The notes below the pieces were generated by a model, which had not been told where the DNA came from, made no database searches, and was given only the letters and a program-made list of their open reading frames with translations. From Thermomicrobiales bacterium (GTDB lineage: Bacteria > Chloroflexota > Chloroflexia > Thermomicrobiales > UBA6265), in assembly GCA_030446955.1 (NCBI GenBank), contig JAUJMG010000004.1, positions 1,393 through 37,412 on the forward strand: a stretch of DNA of 36,020 nucleotides, read 5' to 3'. The position numbers and the translations under genes were made by a program. Of this stretch, positions 9,282 through 17,429 are shown piece after piece; position 1 is the stretch's first letter; every line of letters begins with the position of its first letter.

Positions 9282-9305
9282 CACCGGATTCGAGCAAGCC
9301 GGGGC

Positions 9306-9351
9306 GTTGGGAAGTCGAGATGCGACATCCGGTTCTTCTTGACTTCCCAAC
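9306..9351 (+). other. intra-operon stem-loop between ctaD and ctaE
   Basis: GTTGGGAAGTC (9306-9316) pairs perfectly with GACTTCCCAAC (9341-9351), giving an 11-bp stem and a 24-nt loop. Confidence 0.35.
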
Positions 9352-9389
9352 CCACTCGACCTCTTGACTGATGACCGAAGGGAGTCCTC

Positions 9390-10112
9390 ATGGCGACGGC
9401 CGTTGAACTGGAGCGCGCGCACGGCGCCGGACACGGGGACGATCATGGCCATGCGGATCATCCGCCCACCAGTACCGGGTTGGACCACCGCAAGCTGCTG
9501 ATGTGGGCGTTCCTCGCCTCGGACTGCATGTTCTTCGGATCGTTGATCGCGACCTACATGATCTACCGCGGCCGGGCTGAGGATCTGGGCTTCGCACCCT
9601 TCCCGAGCGAGATTCTCGACATTCCCTACACCTCGCTCAGTGCCTTCGTGCTCCTCATGAGCAGCCTCACGATGGTGCTGGCGCTGTCGGCGATCCAGAA
9701 GGGAGACCATCGCGGCCTGCGGATCTGGCTTGCGGCTACCGCGCTGCTCGGCTCCATCTTCCTTGGCGGTCAGTACTTTGAGTTCACCGAGTTCTATCAC
9801 GAGGGTCTCTCGCTCCAGACCAACATGTTCGGGGCATCGTTCTTCGTGCTGACCGGGTTCCACGGCGCCCACGTGACCATTGGGGTGATCTGGCTGCTGA
9901 CCCTGCTCTTTCTGTCTCTCCGGGGCGGCGTGAAGCAGGAGGACAGCCTGGACGTGGAGTTAGCCGGTCTCTACTGGCACTTCGTCGACATCGTCTGGAT
10001 CGTCATCTTCACCCTCGTCTACCTGATCCCGTACGAGGAAGTCTCGGAGACGCAGACCGGTGCGTTCGCCCTTCTCGGGGGAATCCTCCGGAGCGTCGCG
10101 GCCATCTTCTAA
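9390..10112 (+). CDS. ctaE: cytochrome c oxidase subunit III
   Basis: 240 aa, multi-TM, with 'FFVLTGFHGAHVTIGVIWL' and 'YWHFVDIVWIVIF', typical of subunit III. RBS GAAGGGAG precedes the ATG. Confidence 0.9.
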   Translation: MATAVELERAHGAGHGDDHGHADHPPTSTGLDHRKLLMWAFLASDCMFFGSLIATYMIYRGRAEDLGFAPFPSEILDIPYTSLSAFVLLMSSLTMVLALSAIQKGDHRGLRIWLAATALLGSIFLGGQYFEFTEFYHEGLSLQTNMFGASFFVLTGFHGAHVTIGVIWLLTLLFLSLRGGVKQEDSLDVELAGLYWHFVDIVWIVIFTLVYLIPYEEVSETQTGAFALLGGILRSVAAIF

Positions 10113-10183
10113 GCGAATCGGCGAATGATCTCGCCCGGCGCCCTACCGCGGTTCCGGTGGGGTGGGGGCAGGAGGGAGCGAAG

Positions 10184-10618
10184 ATGGCGCACCAGGCACA
10201 CGGTGGGTCCTACATCGGTCCGGTTGAGAGCCAGGGGCCGGGCACGAAACCCGGCACCGACCACCAGGTGGACAACCACGAGCACCACCCGGGTGCGCGA
10301 ACGTATATCGAGGTGGCGGTGGTGCTGGCGATTATCACCGCCGTTGAGGTCGCCATCTATTACATCCCAGCGCTCGAATCGGTCCTCGTACCCTTGCTGA
10401 TCATCCTCTCGATCGCCAAGTTCGTCGCGGTCGTGGGCTTCTTCATGCACCTCAAGTTTGACGACCGCCGCTTCCGGTTCATGTTCATCGGTGGGCTGGT
10501 GATCACCTTCTCGGTCTTCATTGGTCTGCTCGCGATGCAGACCTTCAAGGAGTTCGAGGTCGCAGACATCCCCATTCCCGCCAACCGGGAAGGGGCGGAA
10601 GAACCTGCCGGGCACTAG
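10184..10618 (+). CDS. ctaF: cytochrome c oxidase subunit IV family protein (prokaryotic COX4-type)
   Basis: 'YIEVAVVLAIITAVEVAIYY ... IAKFVAVVGFFMHLKFD' matches the bacterial subunit IV pattern. ATG 10184 is preceded by GGAGGGAG. Confidence 0.8.
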   Translation: MAHQAHGGSYIGPVESQGPGTKPGTDHQVDNHEHHPGARTYIEVAVVLAIITAVEVAIYYIPALESVLVPLLIILSIAKFVAVVGFFMHLKFDDRRFRFMFIGGLVITFSVFIGLLAMQTFKEFEVADIPIPANREGAEEPAGH

Positions 10619-10671
10619 CAGCCTGCCGGCCTCGTTCCCCGCCCCGGCCCTCACAGGCTAACGGAGCCAGC

Positions 10672-11565
10672 ATGTCGCTCATCTCTTTTCCGGTCCTGCC
10701 CCCGCTCCACGGTGGAGCGGGTGTCCCGACCGGCCCGCTCAACAGTCATTGGTACCTGGAGCCCACCATCGGCCTTGGCGTCTTTGGCGCCGCGGTCGCC
10801 TACCTGCTCTGGGTTGGGCCGCTCAATCGGCGTCGCCCGGGCGCGGCGGAGCGGCCGGTGACGGGGGGGCAGGTTGCCTGCTTCCTCGGCGGATGCGCGA
10901 CGTTGCTCGTTGCCCTCGGGCCGCCTCTGGACGACTGGTCCGACTACTATCTGCTCAGTGCCCACATGGTCCAGCACTTGCTGCTGGTCCTGTTGGCGCC
11001 CCCGCTGCTGCTGCTCGGCCTCCCTGCCTGGGTGCTCCGACCGCTACTGCGCTGGCGGCTCGTGGCGCGCACCGGGTACCTGCTGACGCGGGCCGTTCCG
11101 GCCTTTGGCATCTCCGCTGCCGTCATGGTCGTCTGGCATGCGCAGCCGTTCTACGATGCCGCGTTGGGCAGCGCCCCGATCCACATCCTGGAACACCAGC
11201 TCTTTTTGGCTTCGGCCTTGCTGGCCTGGTGGCCGGTCGTCGGACCATTGCCGGAGTGGCCGCGCCTGGCGCTGCCGTTGCAGTGCCTCTACCTCTTTCT
11301 CCAGACCCTGCCCGGCGGCGTTGTTGGCTCCATCATCACCATGGCCGCACCGGGCCTCTACGAGCACTACCGCGACGCGCCTCGCTGGGGAATGAGCCTG
11401 GCGACGGATCAGGAGGTGGCAGGCCTCCTGATGTGGGTGGGCGCGTCCACGATCTACCTGATGCTGATTTCCGTCATCTTTTTCCGCTGGGCTGCTCAGG
11501 AGGAAGCGAAAGAAGGGCAGCCTCCGGCCTCCGTTCGCCCGCGCTCGGTTGCCACCCGTCCGTGA
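10672..11565 (+). CDS. ctaG: cytochrome c oxidase assembly factor CtaG (caa3_CtaG-type membrane protein)
   Basis: 297 aa, polytopic, with 'SAHMVQHLLLVLLAPPLLLLGLP' and 'ILEHQLFLASALLAWWPVVGP', typical of Bacillus-type CtaG. It is the last gene of the cta operon. Confidence 0.8.
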   Translation: MSLISFPVLPPLHGGAGVPTGPLNSHWYLEPTIGLGVFGAAVAYLLWVGPLNRRRPGAAERPVTGGQVACFLGGCATLLVALGPPLDDWSDYYLLSAHMVQHLLLVLLAPPLLLLGLPAWVLRPLLRWRLVARTGYLLTRAVPAFGISAAVMVVWHAQPFYDAALGSAPIHILEHQLFLASALLAWWPVVGPLPEWPRLALPLQCLYLFLQTLPGGVVGSIITMAAPGLYEHYRDAPRWGMSLATDQEVAGLLMWVGASTIYLMLISVIFFRWAAQEEAKEGQPPASVRPRSVATRP

Positions 11566-11722
11566 TCCTATTACAAGAGTGGGCGACGCCGGGACGTGCC
11601 GGATACAGCGAGACCTCCCTGGTGCCTCTATACTGTGCCGATTCCGAAGCATGAGGCTGCCCGCGCACGGTCCCTTGCAAGGCATCCTGTCGTCGGTGGC
11701 TGACCTCTGGAGTCTCTCGGCC

Positions 11723-12085
11723 ATGGTTGCGAAGTCGCCTCCCCGCCTACCTGCCCTCACCGCCTCAGAGGCCGAGGCTAAGCGCGAGCAGGAGGAGATG
11801 AGTGCCGCCTGGGCCTTCATCTGGATCCTCTTCGCCTTCAAGATGGCCACGGTCTTCCTGATCTACTGGGCGTCCCAGTCCTACGACACCGGCATGTTCC
11901 TCGTCGCCACCACCTGGTTCTGGCTCATCATCCCGGTCATCGCCTGCGCCGCTCCTCTCCTGTTCCGCTATCGCCTGCTCAAGGTTCGCCGGCGCCGCGC
12001 CCAGCTCCGTCGCTCGGAGTGGCTGCTCGATGACGACCTCCCTGACCCTCAAGCGGGAACGCCGGCGGCAGGCGCGCGCCGCTAG
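11723..12085 (+). CDS. hypothetical small membrane protein
   Basis: Two hydrophobic helices ('AWAFIWILFAFKMATVFLIYW', 'FLVATTWFWLIIPVIACAAPLLF') followed by a basic tail. The start is uncertain: ATG 11723 has GGAG 11 nt upstream, and other in-frame starts exist. Confidence 0.4.
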   Translation: MVAKSPPRLPALTASEAEAKREQEEMSAAWAFIWILFAFKMATVFLIYWASQSYDTGMFLVATTWFWLIIPVIACAAPLLFRYRLLKVRRRRAQLRRSEWLLDDDLPDPQAGTPAAGARR

Positions 12086-12237
12086 CGTCCTCCTCGCGCG
12101 CAACCACGGGACCGGGAAGATGTGCCTATCATGGGCATCCGGGGGCGCTGGACAACCAGGGCCGGTGCCGCGAAACTGTGGTGAGATGAGGGGCCGCCGG
12201 GTTAGCGGCGGTCGCGCCGGGTGACGAGGGAGAAGGT

Positions 12238-12867
12238 ATGGTCGCCAAGCTGAAGCGCCAATTCATCACGCCGACGCTCATGCCGATCGCGGTCGCGATC
12301 GTCGTCGCCGTCATGATCATCACGATCGGCGAGATGCTACTGGCCTTGTACCAATCCGGGCGGCCAGAACTGCAGCGTGTCGAGTTGTGGGTCGGCACTC
12401 TGCTTTCGCTGGCCATCCTTGGCGTGGCTGCATTCCTCTCCACCCGGCCGGCGGGGCGCCTCGGACCCCTGGATCGCGAGGTTGCGATTGGCAAGCAGGA
12501 GTTCTTTGCTCCGGAGTTGCCGCCGGTGGATGTTGCCGCCCGCAACGGCCCCCTTGGCACCGTGGATGACATCACCGCGGGGTACATGCTCTACGCCCGC
12601 AACGGCGCCCTTGCCCGGGTGGTCGGCATCATCCCGGGGTCGGAGGAGTTTGGCCGCCGCTTCCGCGGCTTCATCTATGCCCAGGGCGTTCATGGGGCGA
12701 GCGACGAACTCTGGATTCCCTATGAGGCAGTAATGGCCGTCTACCCCGAGACCCAGTCTGCCTTTCTCGCGATCAAGGGGGATGAGACCGAGCACTTTGG
12801 TTGGAATCGTGCTCCCGCCAGCATGCGCCGCGGCGGGCACCCCAATCATTTCCCATCGGCAGGATAG
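12238..12867 (+). CDS. hypothetical membrane protein (2 N-terminal TM helices, soluble C-terminal domain)
   Basis: ATG 12238 follows GGGAGAAGG. TM helices 'LMPIAVAIVVAVMIITIGEMLL' and 'WVGTLLSLAILGVAAFL'. I did not confidently recognise a family for the C-terminal domain; it may be PRC-barrel-like. Confidence 0.55.
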   Translation: MVAKLKRQFITPTLMPIAVAIVVAVMIITIGEMLLALYQSGRPELQRVELWVGTLLSLAILGVAAFLSTRPAGRLGPLDREVAIGKQEFFAPELPPVDVAARNGPLGTVDDITAGYMLYARNGALARVVGIIPGSEEFGRRFRGFIYAQGVHGASDELWIPYEAVMAVYPETQSAFLAIKGDETEHFGWNRAPASMRRGGHPNHFPSAG

Positions 12868-13089
12868 GGCCGGAGCCTGAGAGCTTATCGACTGATTTGG
12901 AGCCGTCGGCTAGCGAGGAGACCGCGCCTCGCGGCCGCCGGTGCCGGCTCTCTCTCAGTCTGCATCCACTCCTACTTTGGCTCACTGCCGGGCTGAGCCT
13001 CCGGTAGCGCGCTGCTGTGCTCCGCCGCACGGGAGTATCCAAGCCCGTGTCATCTTCCCTCGCCCGCGCCGATCGTCCAAGGACGTCCG

Positions 13090-13884
13090 ATGCCGCCGCT
13101 AGACCTGCGGACCGTAACCGCCACTCGCTACGTCACCCCGCTCCGGGAGGGCGGCTCCCTGCCCGCGATTGTCGAGGCGGACGACGACGGGCTCTACGTC
13201 CTCAAGTTTCGCGGCGCCGGCCAGGGGCCGAAGGCCCTGATCGCGGAGTTGGTCGCCGGGGAGATCGGCCGCGCACTCGGCCTGCCCGTGCCGGAGATCG
13301 TGCTGGTGGAACTGGACCCCGTGCTCGGGCGAGCGGAGCCGGACGAGGAGGTCCAGGATCTCGTCAAGGCAAGTGCCGGGCTCAACCTGGCTCTGGATTA
13401 CCTGCCGGGGTCCCTCGCCTTCACCCCGGCGGCCAAGCCGCCCCCGGACCCCGCCCTCGCCTCCGCGGTGGTCTGGTTCGACGCCTACGTCACCAACGTT
13501 GATCGCACCCCGCGCAACACGAACCTGTTGCTCTGGCACCGCCGGCTCTGGTTGATCGACCACGGCGCCGCACTCTATGTTCACCACGCCTGGGGCGACT
13601 ACCTAGCCCGCAGCGCCTCGCCGTTCCCCCAGGTTCGAGACCACGTCCTGCTCCCGTTCGCCGACGAAGTTTCGACCGCCGACGCCGACCTCCGGGACCG
13701 TCTGACGCCCGAGTTGCTGACGGGCATCATCGAAGCCATCCCTGATACCTGGATGCTGCCTGACCCGGCTTTCGCTGGTCCGGATGCCCAGCGCGCTGCC
13801 TATCTTGCGTACCTGCTCGCGCGCCGGGATGCCTCCCGTGCCTTTGTGGAGGAGGCGGTACGTGCTCGCGCGCAACTCGTTTGA
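13090..13884 (+). CDS. HipA-like protein kinase family protein (single-domain, no HipA N-terminal domains)
   Basis: 'RYVTPLREGGSLPAIVEADDDGLYVLKFRGAGQGPKALIAE', catalytic-loop-like 'TNVDRTPRNTNLLLW', and 'LWLIDHGAAL'. AAGGA lies 7 nt before the ATG. Confidence 0.75.
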   Translation: MPPLDLRTVTATRYVTPLREGGSLPAIVEADDDGLYVLKFRGAGQGPKALIAELVAGEIGRALGLPVPEIVLVELDPVLGRAEPDEEVQDLVKASAGLNLALDYLPGSLAFTPAAKPPPDPALASAVVWFDAYVTNVDRTPRNTNLLLWHRRLWLIDHGAALYVHHAWGDYLARSASPFPQVRDHVLLPFADEVSTADADLRDRLTPELLTGIIEAIPDTWMLPDPAFAGPDAQRAAYLAYLLARRDASRAFVEEAVRARAQLV

Positions 13885-14263
13885 GTACTCCATTATCCGG
13901 ATCGTGCCCCGGGTGGAGCGCGGCGAATTCGTCAACGCTGGAGTCGTGCTCTTTTCTCGGCCGCGGCGCTTCCTGGATGCTCGTGTCCACCTGGACCCCG
14001 CCCGCCTCGCCGCCCTCGCGCCGGACCTAGACCTGGCCGCCGTGCGTTCCCACCTGGAGTTGATTCCCCGGTTGTGTGCCGGCGATGGGGAGGCCGGTCC
14101 CATCGCCCGGCTCTCCCAGGCGGAGCGCTTTCACTGGCTCGTCGCCCCCCAGAGCACGATCGTCCAGCCCTCTCCGGTCCATTCGGGGCTTTGCGACAAC
14201 CCCTCCGACGCCTTGGAGCGCCTCCTAAAGAGCATGGTCCTCCCACCCATGGCCTCCTCGTGA
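13862..14263 (+). CDS. DUF3037 domain protein
   Basis: GTG 13862 is preceded by GGAGGAGG (13848-13855) at 6 nt and overlaps the kinase gene by 23 nt. 'FEYSIIRIVPRVERGEFVNAGVVLF' is the signature I associate with DUF3037. Confidence 0.75.
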   Translation: MLARNSFEYSIIRIVPRVERGEFVNAGVVLFSRPRRFLDARVHLDPARLAALAPDLDLAAVRSHLELIPRLCAGDGEAGPIARLSQAERFHWLVAPQSTIVQPSPVHSGLCDNPSDALERLLKSMVLPPMASS

Positions 14264-14293
14264 GAGCCAGTTGGCCTGGTGACCCACTGGCTC
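14264..14293 (+). terminator. stem-loop immediately after the DUF3037 stop codon
   Basis: GAGCCAGT (14264-14271) pairs with ACTGGCTC (14286-14293), giving an 8-bp stem and a 14-nt loop. The region is convergent. Confidence 0.35.
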
Positions 14294-14438
14294 ATACCGA
14301 ATCCAGCTGCAGGTTGTCCTTTTCCCCGGTGTCGACGTCCCGGTGCTCCGGGAAGAATCTCTGGGCTCATCCCACGAAGCCCCTCCAGGGCTGAACGCGG
14401 GCGGCCAGGCAAGCTCAGGAAGCCATCCGGGATCCGTC

Positions 14439-16346
14439 TTACCCCGCTTGCCCCGCTCGCCCCCTGATCCCTCCGCGGCCTCCTTGGCCTGGCTCGGCGG
14501 CCGCGCCTGGGAGCCCACTCTGGTCCCGCTCCGGGTCCAGAGCAGTGCCTGAAATCGTTGGAGATGCCGGGGGAGGTGATGGATTGATAGGGCTCCATTG
14601 CGGCGGCGCGGCCATGCCAGACAGCTGTACGCTGTCATGGTCACGGGGAAAAACCTCGTCGGTGCTCTTGCCAACGACATCGATGATCGTGGAGGGCGTC
14701 CATGTATCGGCGGAGGCGGCGAGCAGTGCCCTCCCGTCGGGTGACCAGGTCAGGTGACCGGCGAGTGGCCCGGGAGCGTCGATCCAGATCTCACCGGTCC
14801 CCAGGGTGCGAATGCGTACCTGTATCCCATTCTCCACGTAGGCGAAGCTTGTGCCGTCGGGGGACCAGGCCGGCATTTCCGCGTCCGTGTCATTAGCGCT
14901 CACCGGCGTCAAATCGCCCGTGCTGAGATCCAGGAGGTGGACGGAAGAGAGCTCCGAGCCATACCCCGCGTTCGCCTGGAGGGCTAGCACGAGGAGCCGT
15001 TCTCCCACCGGCGACCATGCCAGCCGAAAGGCGTCCGGCAGACGCCCGCTGGTGACGCTGTGTGTCTCGCCAGTGGCAAGCGTCATCACTTGCACGTCGC
15101 CATCGCCGAACCGCGCTCCACGCCCCGAGTCCTCGTCAACCTCGGTCCGGTCGAGGCCACGACTGACAAAGGCGAGCCGGTCTCCGCCTGGCGACCAGGT
15201 AGGTGGACCGGCATAGGCGAATCGGCCGCCAGTTAGGTCCGTCTCGATCCCCGTGCTGGTGTCCACCACCCGGGCGCTGATCCTGCCCTCGAACAGGTTT
15301 TCATCAAACGCGGCGAGACTTGAGTAGGCAATCTTGGTGCCGTCCGGGCTCCAGGCCGGCCACCAGCGCAGCAGGACCCGATCGGCGAACTTGGTCAGAC
15401 CGGTGCCATCGCTGCCAACGACGTAGAGTGCCCCGGCGAGCGAGGAGGGATCGGTCCGATCAGCGGCGACGAAGGCAATCCGACTGCGATCGGGACTCCA
15501 GACGGGCCAGGCGGCAAAGCCCGTGCTGGCGAGGAGCCGCTCATCGTTGCCGTCAGGTCCGGCCAGGTAGACAGAGCCGTCACGCGTGAAGACGATGGGC
15601 GCATGCTCACGTCGAATCGCCGCCAGGCGGTCAACGAGGGCATCATCGGGGGCGACGGCAACAAGGGCTGCAAGGGCTCGCTCCGCCCCGAGCCAGTCCC
15701 GCTGGGCCTCAGCGACGTCCACCCGGCGCCGGAGATCGGCGTCGCGGCCCGCTCGTGCCTGCTCCAATAAGGTTCGGGCTTCCTGGTCTGCGGGAAGGTC
15801 CCGGGCCACCGGCGTCAGGAGCGTGATCGCCTCGTCATAACGCTGCGCGTCCAGCGCCGCCCGCCCTTGCCGAACCGCGTCTTGGTATGGAGCGAGGATG
15901 TCCGCTCTCCGCGCTTCGGCGTCGCGATAGCCGGCGGCGCTGGCATACGCGGCAAGCGCGACGGCGGGATGGCCCGTTGCCGCTGCTTCATCGGCGCACG
16001 CGTACCAGCGGGCTCGCTCCGCCTGCTCCGCCCGGTACTCCGCTCCGAAGGCGGCACTCACCCCCAGAAGCATCACCAGCGTCGCGGCGTAGAGCGCGCG
16101 GAGGCGCCTTCCGCCCCTCGGCGTTCGGTGGCTCCTCTGTCGTTGCCGTTGCCGTTGCGCGTCGCCGCCTGGCAGGACCCCGACGACATCGCGACGAGCG
16201 CCGTCAGTCCCCGCACTAGCAGAGGGCGCGCTGCTGACCGCCCGCCAGGATGGGCGGCCGTGTCCAACCGTCGGGAACGGCAAGGCGCAGTTCACGCAGC
16301 GGTCAGTGAGAGATGAGTTCGCGGTGCCGCAAGCGGTGCAGAACAT
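14439..16346 (-). CDS. zinc-ribbon / TM / TPR-like / TolB-type beta-propeller (PD40 repeat) protein
   Basis: N-terminal 'CTACG...CVNC' zinc ribbon, one TM helix ('LYAATLVMLLGVSAAFGA'), a helical Ala/Arg-rich region, then repeated 'W(S/A)PDG..IAF/AY' PD40-like blades ('WPVWSPDRSRIAFV', 'WPAWSPDGTKIAYS', 'PTWSPGGDRLAFV', 'LAWSPVGERLLV', 'PAWSPDGTSFAYV', 'LTWSPDGRALL'). Confidence 0.75.
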   Translation of the reverse strand: MFCTACGTANSSLTDRCVNCALPFPTVGHGRPSWRAVSSAPSASAGTDGARRDVVGVLPGGDAQRQRQRQRSHRTPRGGRRLRALYAATLVMLLGVSAAFGAEYRAEQAERARWYACADEAAATGHPAVALAAYASAAGYRDAEARRADILAPYQDAVRQGRAALDAQRYDEAITLLTPVARDLPADQEARTLLEQARAGRDADLRRRVDVAEAQRDWLGAERALAALVAVAPDDALVDRLAAIRREHAPIVFTRDGSVYLAGPDGNDERLLASTGFAAWPVWSPDRSRIAFVAADRTDPSSLAGALYVVGSDGTGLTKFADRVLLRWWPAWSPDGTKIAYSSLAAFDENLFEGRISARVVDTSTGIETDLTGGRFAYAGPPTWSPGGDRLAFVSRGLDRTEVDEDSGRGARFGDGDVQVMTLATGETHSVTSGRLPDAFRLAWSPVGERLLVLALQANAGYGSELSSVHLLDLSTGDLTPVSANDTDAEMPAWSPDGTSFAYVENGIQVRIRTLGTGEIWIDAPGPLAGHLTWSPDGRALLAASADTWTPSTIIDVVGKSTDEVFPRDHDSVQLSGMAAPPQWSPINPSPPPASPTISGTALDPERDQSGLPGAAAEPGQGGRGGIRGRAGQAG

Positions 16347-16463
16347 TGGCCGCCTCGACTGATCAGGGCGGAGCGCGATGATCGGCCAGTAGCCTATCGT
16401 ATCACTGCGGTTCCAGTGCCCGCGGCTTCCATCCCGGCGTTGGGAGCAAGCGCCGCTTGCGGC

Positions 16464-17381
16464 TCAGCGGGCGGGATGGGACGGTGGTAACCCTGCGTTC
16501 ACCACCGCCGGCTTGATCAGGGCACTGGGTGGTTCGGAGGCAACCTCGTCACCGCGTGGTCCGTCGTACCCTGGGTAGCCATACGTTTGTCCGTCCCGAG
16601 CGCTTTGTTGGTTGAGTACCGCGCCCACGACACGGGCAGAGCCGTGGTGCAAGGCACCAACGGCTCGACGCAGTGCCTCGGTTCGGGTGCGCCCGGCCTG
16701 GCAGACGAGAATGACGCCATCGGCGCCGGTCGCCACGACAAGCGGGTCACTGACGGCGAGGATCGGCGGGGTATCGATGAGCACGATGTCTGCCGTCCGG
16801 GCGATCTCCGTCACAAGAAGGCGAAATCGATCCAGGCTGAGCAAATCGGCCGGGTTCGGGGGGAGGGGACCGCTCGGGATCAGCGCCAGGTGCGTATCGA
16901 CCATCACCTTGAGGTCCTCCCACGGCGGCGCTTCACGGTGGGTGAGCAGAGTCGTCAGTCCACGGTCGTTGCGGACGCCGAAGATCCGGTGTTGATTGGG
17001 CCGGCGGAGGTCGGCGTCGATGATCACCGTCGCGAGCCCAGCCTGGGCCATCGCCACGCCGAGGTTGGCGGTGACGGTGCTCTTACCCTCCCCGGGACCA
17101 GGGCTCGTGAGACAGAGGCTGTCAATCTCCTTGGTCGCTGCGGCGAACTCAATGTTGGTCCTTAACAAGCGGATTGACTCCGCTTGGGAGGAGACGGGCT
17201 GCTCCCGCAGAAAGAGTTGGTTCCCATTCCCGCGCACCTTCGGCAGGGTTCCGATAGCAGCTAGAAGCGGCGCCCCGATCAGGGCCGGAAAATCCGTATC
17301 GGCCCTGACTGTGTTGTCTAGGAATTCCAGGGCCGCCATCGATCCGGCGCCGAGGAGAAGCCCGGCTAAGGCCGCCAGCAC
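16464..17381 (-). CDS. BY-kinase (CpsD/CapB/Wzc-type tyrosine autokinase) cytoplasmic domain fragment
   Basis: Walker A 'SPGPGEGKST', 'VIIDADLRRP', 'DIVLIDTPP'. Only a GTG at 17381, inside a hydrophobic helix and without an RBS, is available as a start. It is in frame with the upstream Wzz fragment across a single TGA. Confidence 0.8.
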   Translation of the reverse strand: MLAALAGLLLGAGSMAALEFLDNTVRADTDFPALIGAPLLAAIGTLPKVRGNGNQLFLREQPVSSQAESIRLLRTNIEFAAATKEIDSLCLTSPGPGEGKSTVTANLGVAMAQAGLATVIIDADLRRPNQHRIFGVRNDRGLTTLLTHREAPPWEDLKVMVDTHLALIPSGPLPPNPADLLSLDRFRLLVTEIARTADIVLIDTPPILAVSDPLVVATGADGVILVCQAGRTRTEALRRAVGALHHGSARVVGAVLNQQSARDGQTYGYPGYDGPRGDEVASEPPSALIKPAVVNAGLPPSHPAR

Positions 17382-17429
17382 CGTGAAGAAGGGGACCCGC
17401 GGCGCATAGGGCTCATCGGGCGGGGCCGC

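Noticed and set aside
7761-9872. Long antisense ORFs (7761-8735 and 8856-9872, minus strand) opposite ctaD/ctaE
   Set aside because: They are antisense shadows of highly conserved oxidase genes, with acidic/Arg-rich nonsense translations.
10749-11654. 301-aa plus-strand ORF overlapping ctaG
   Set aside because: It is a different frame of ctaG. It has no TM pattern or motifs, whereas the 10672 frame gives a coherent CtaG-type membrane protein.
16141-16158. Hexanucleotide tandem (CGTTGC x3) as a phase-variation tract
   Set aside because: It has only three in-frame copies, encoding QRQRQR in a low-complexity linker. It is too short, and being in-frame it could not switch the gene on or off.
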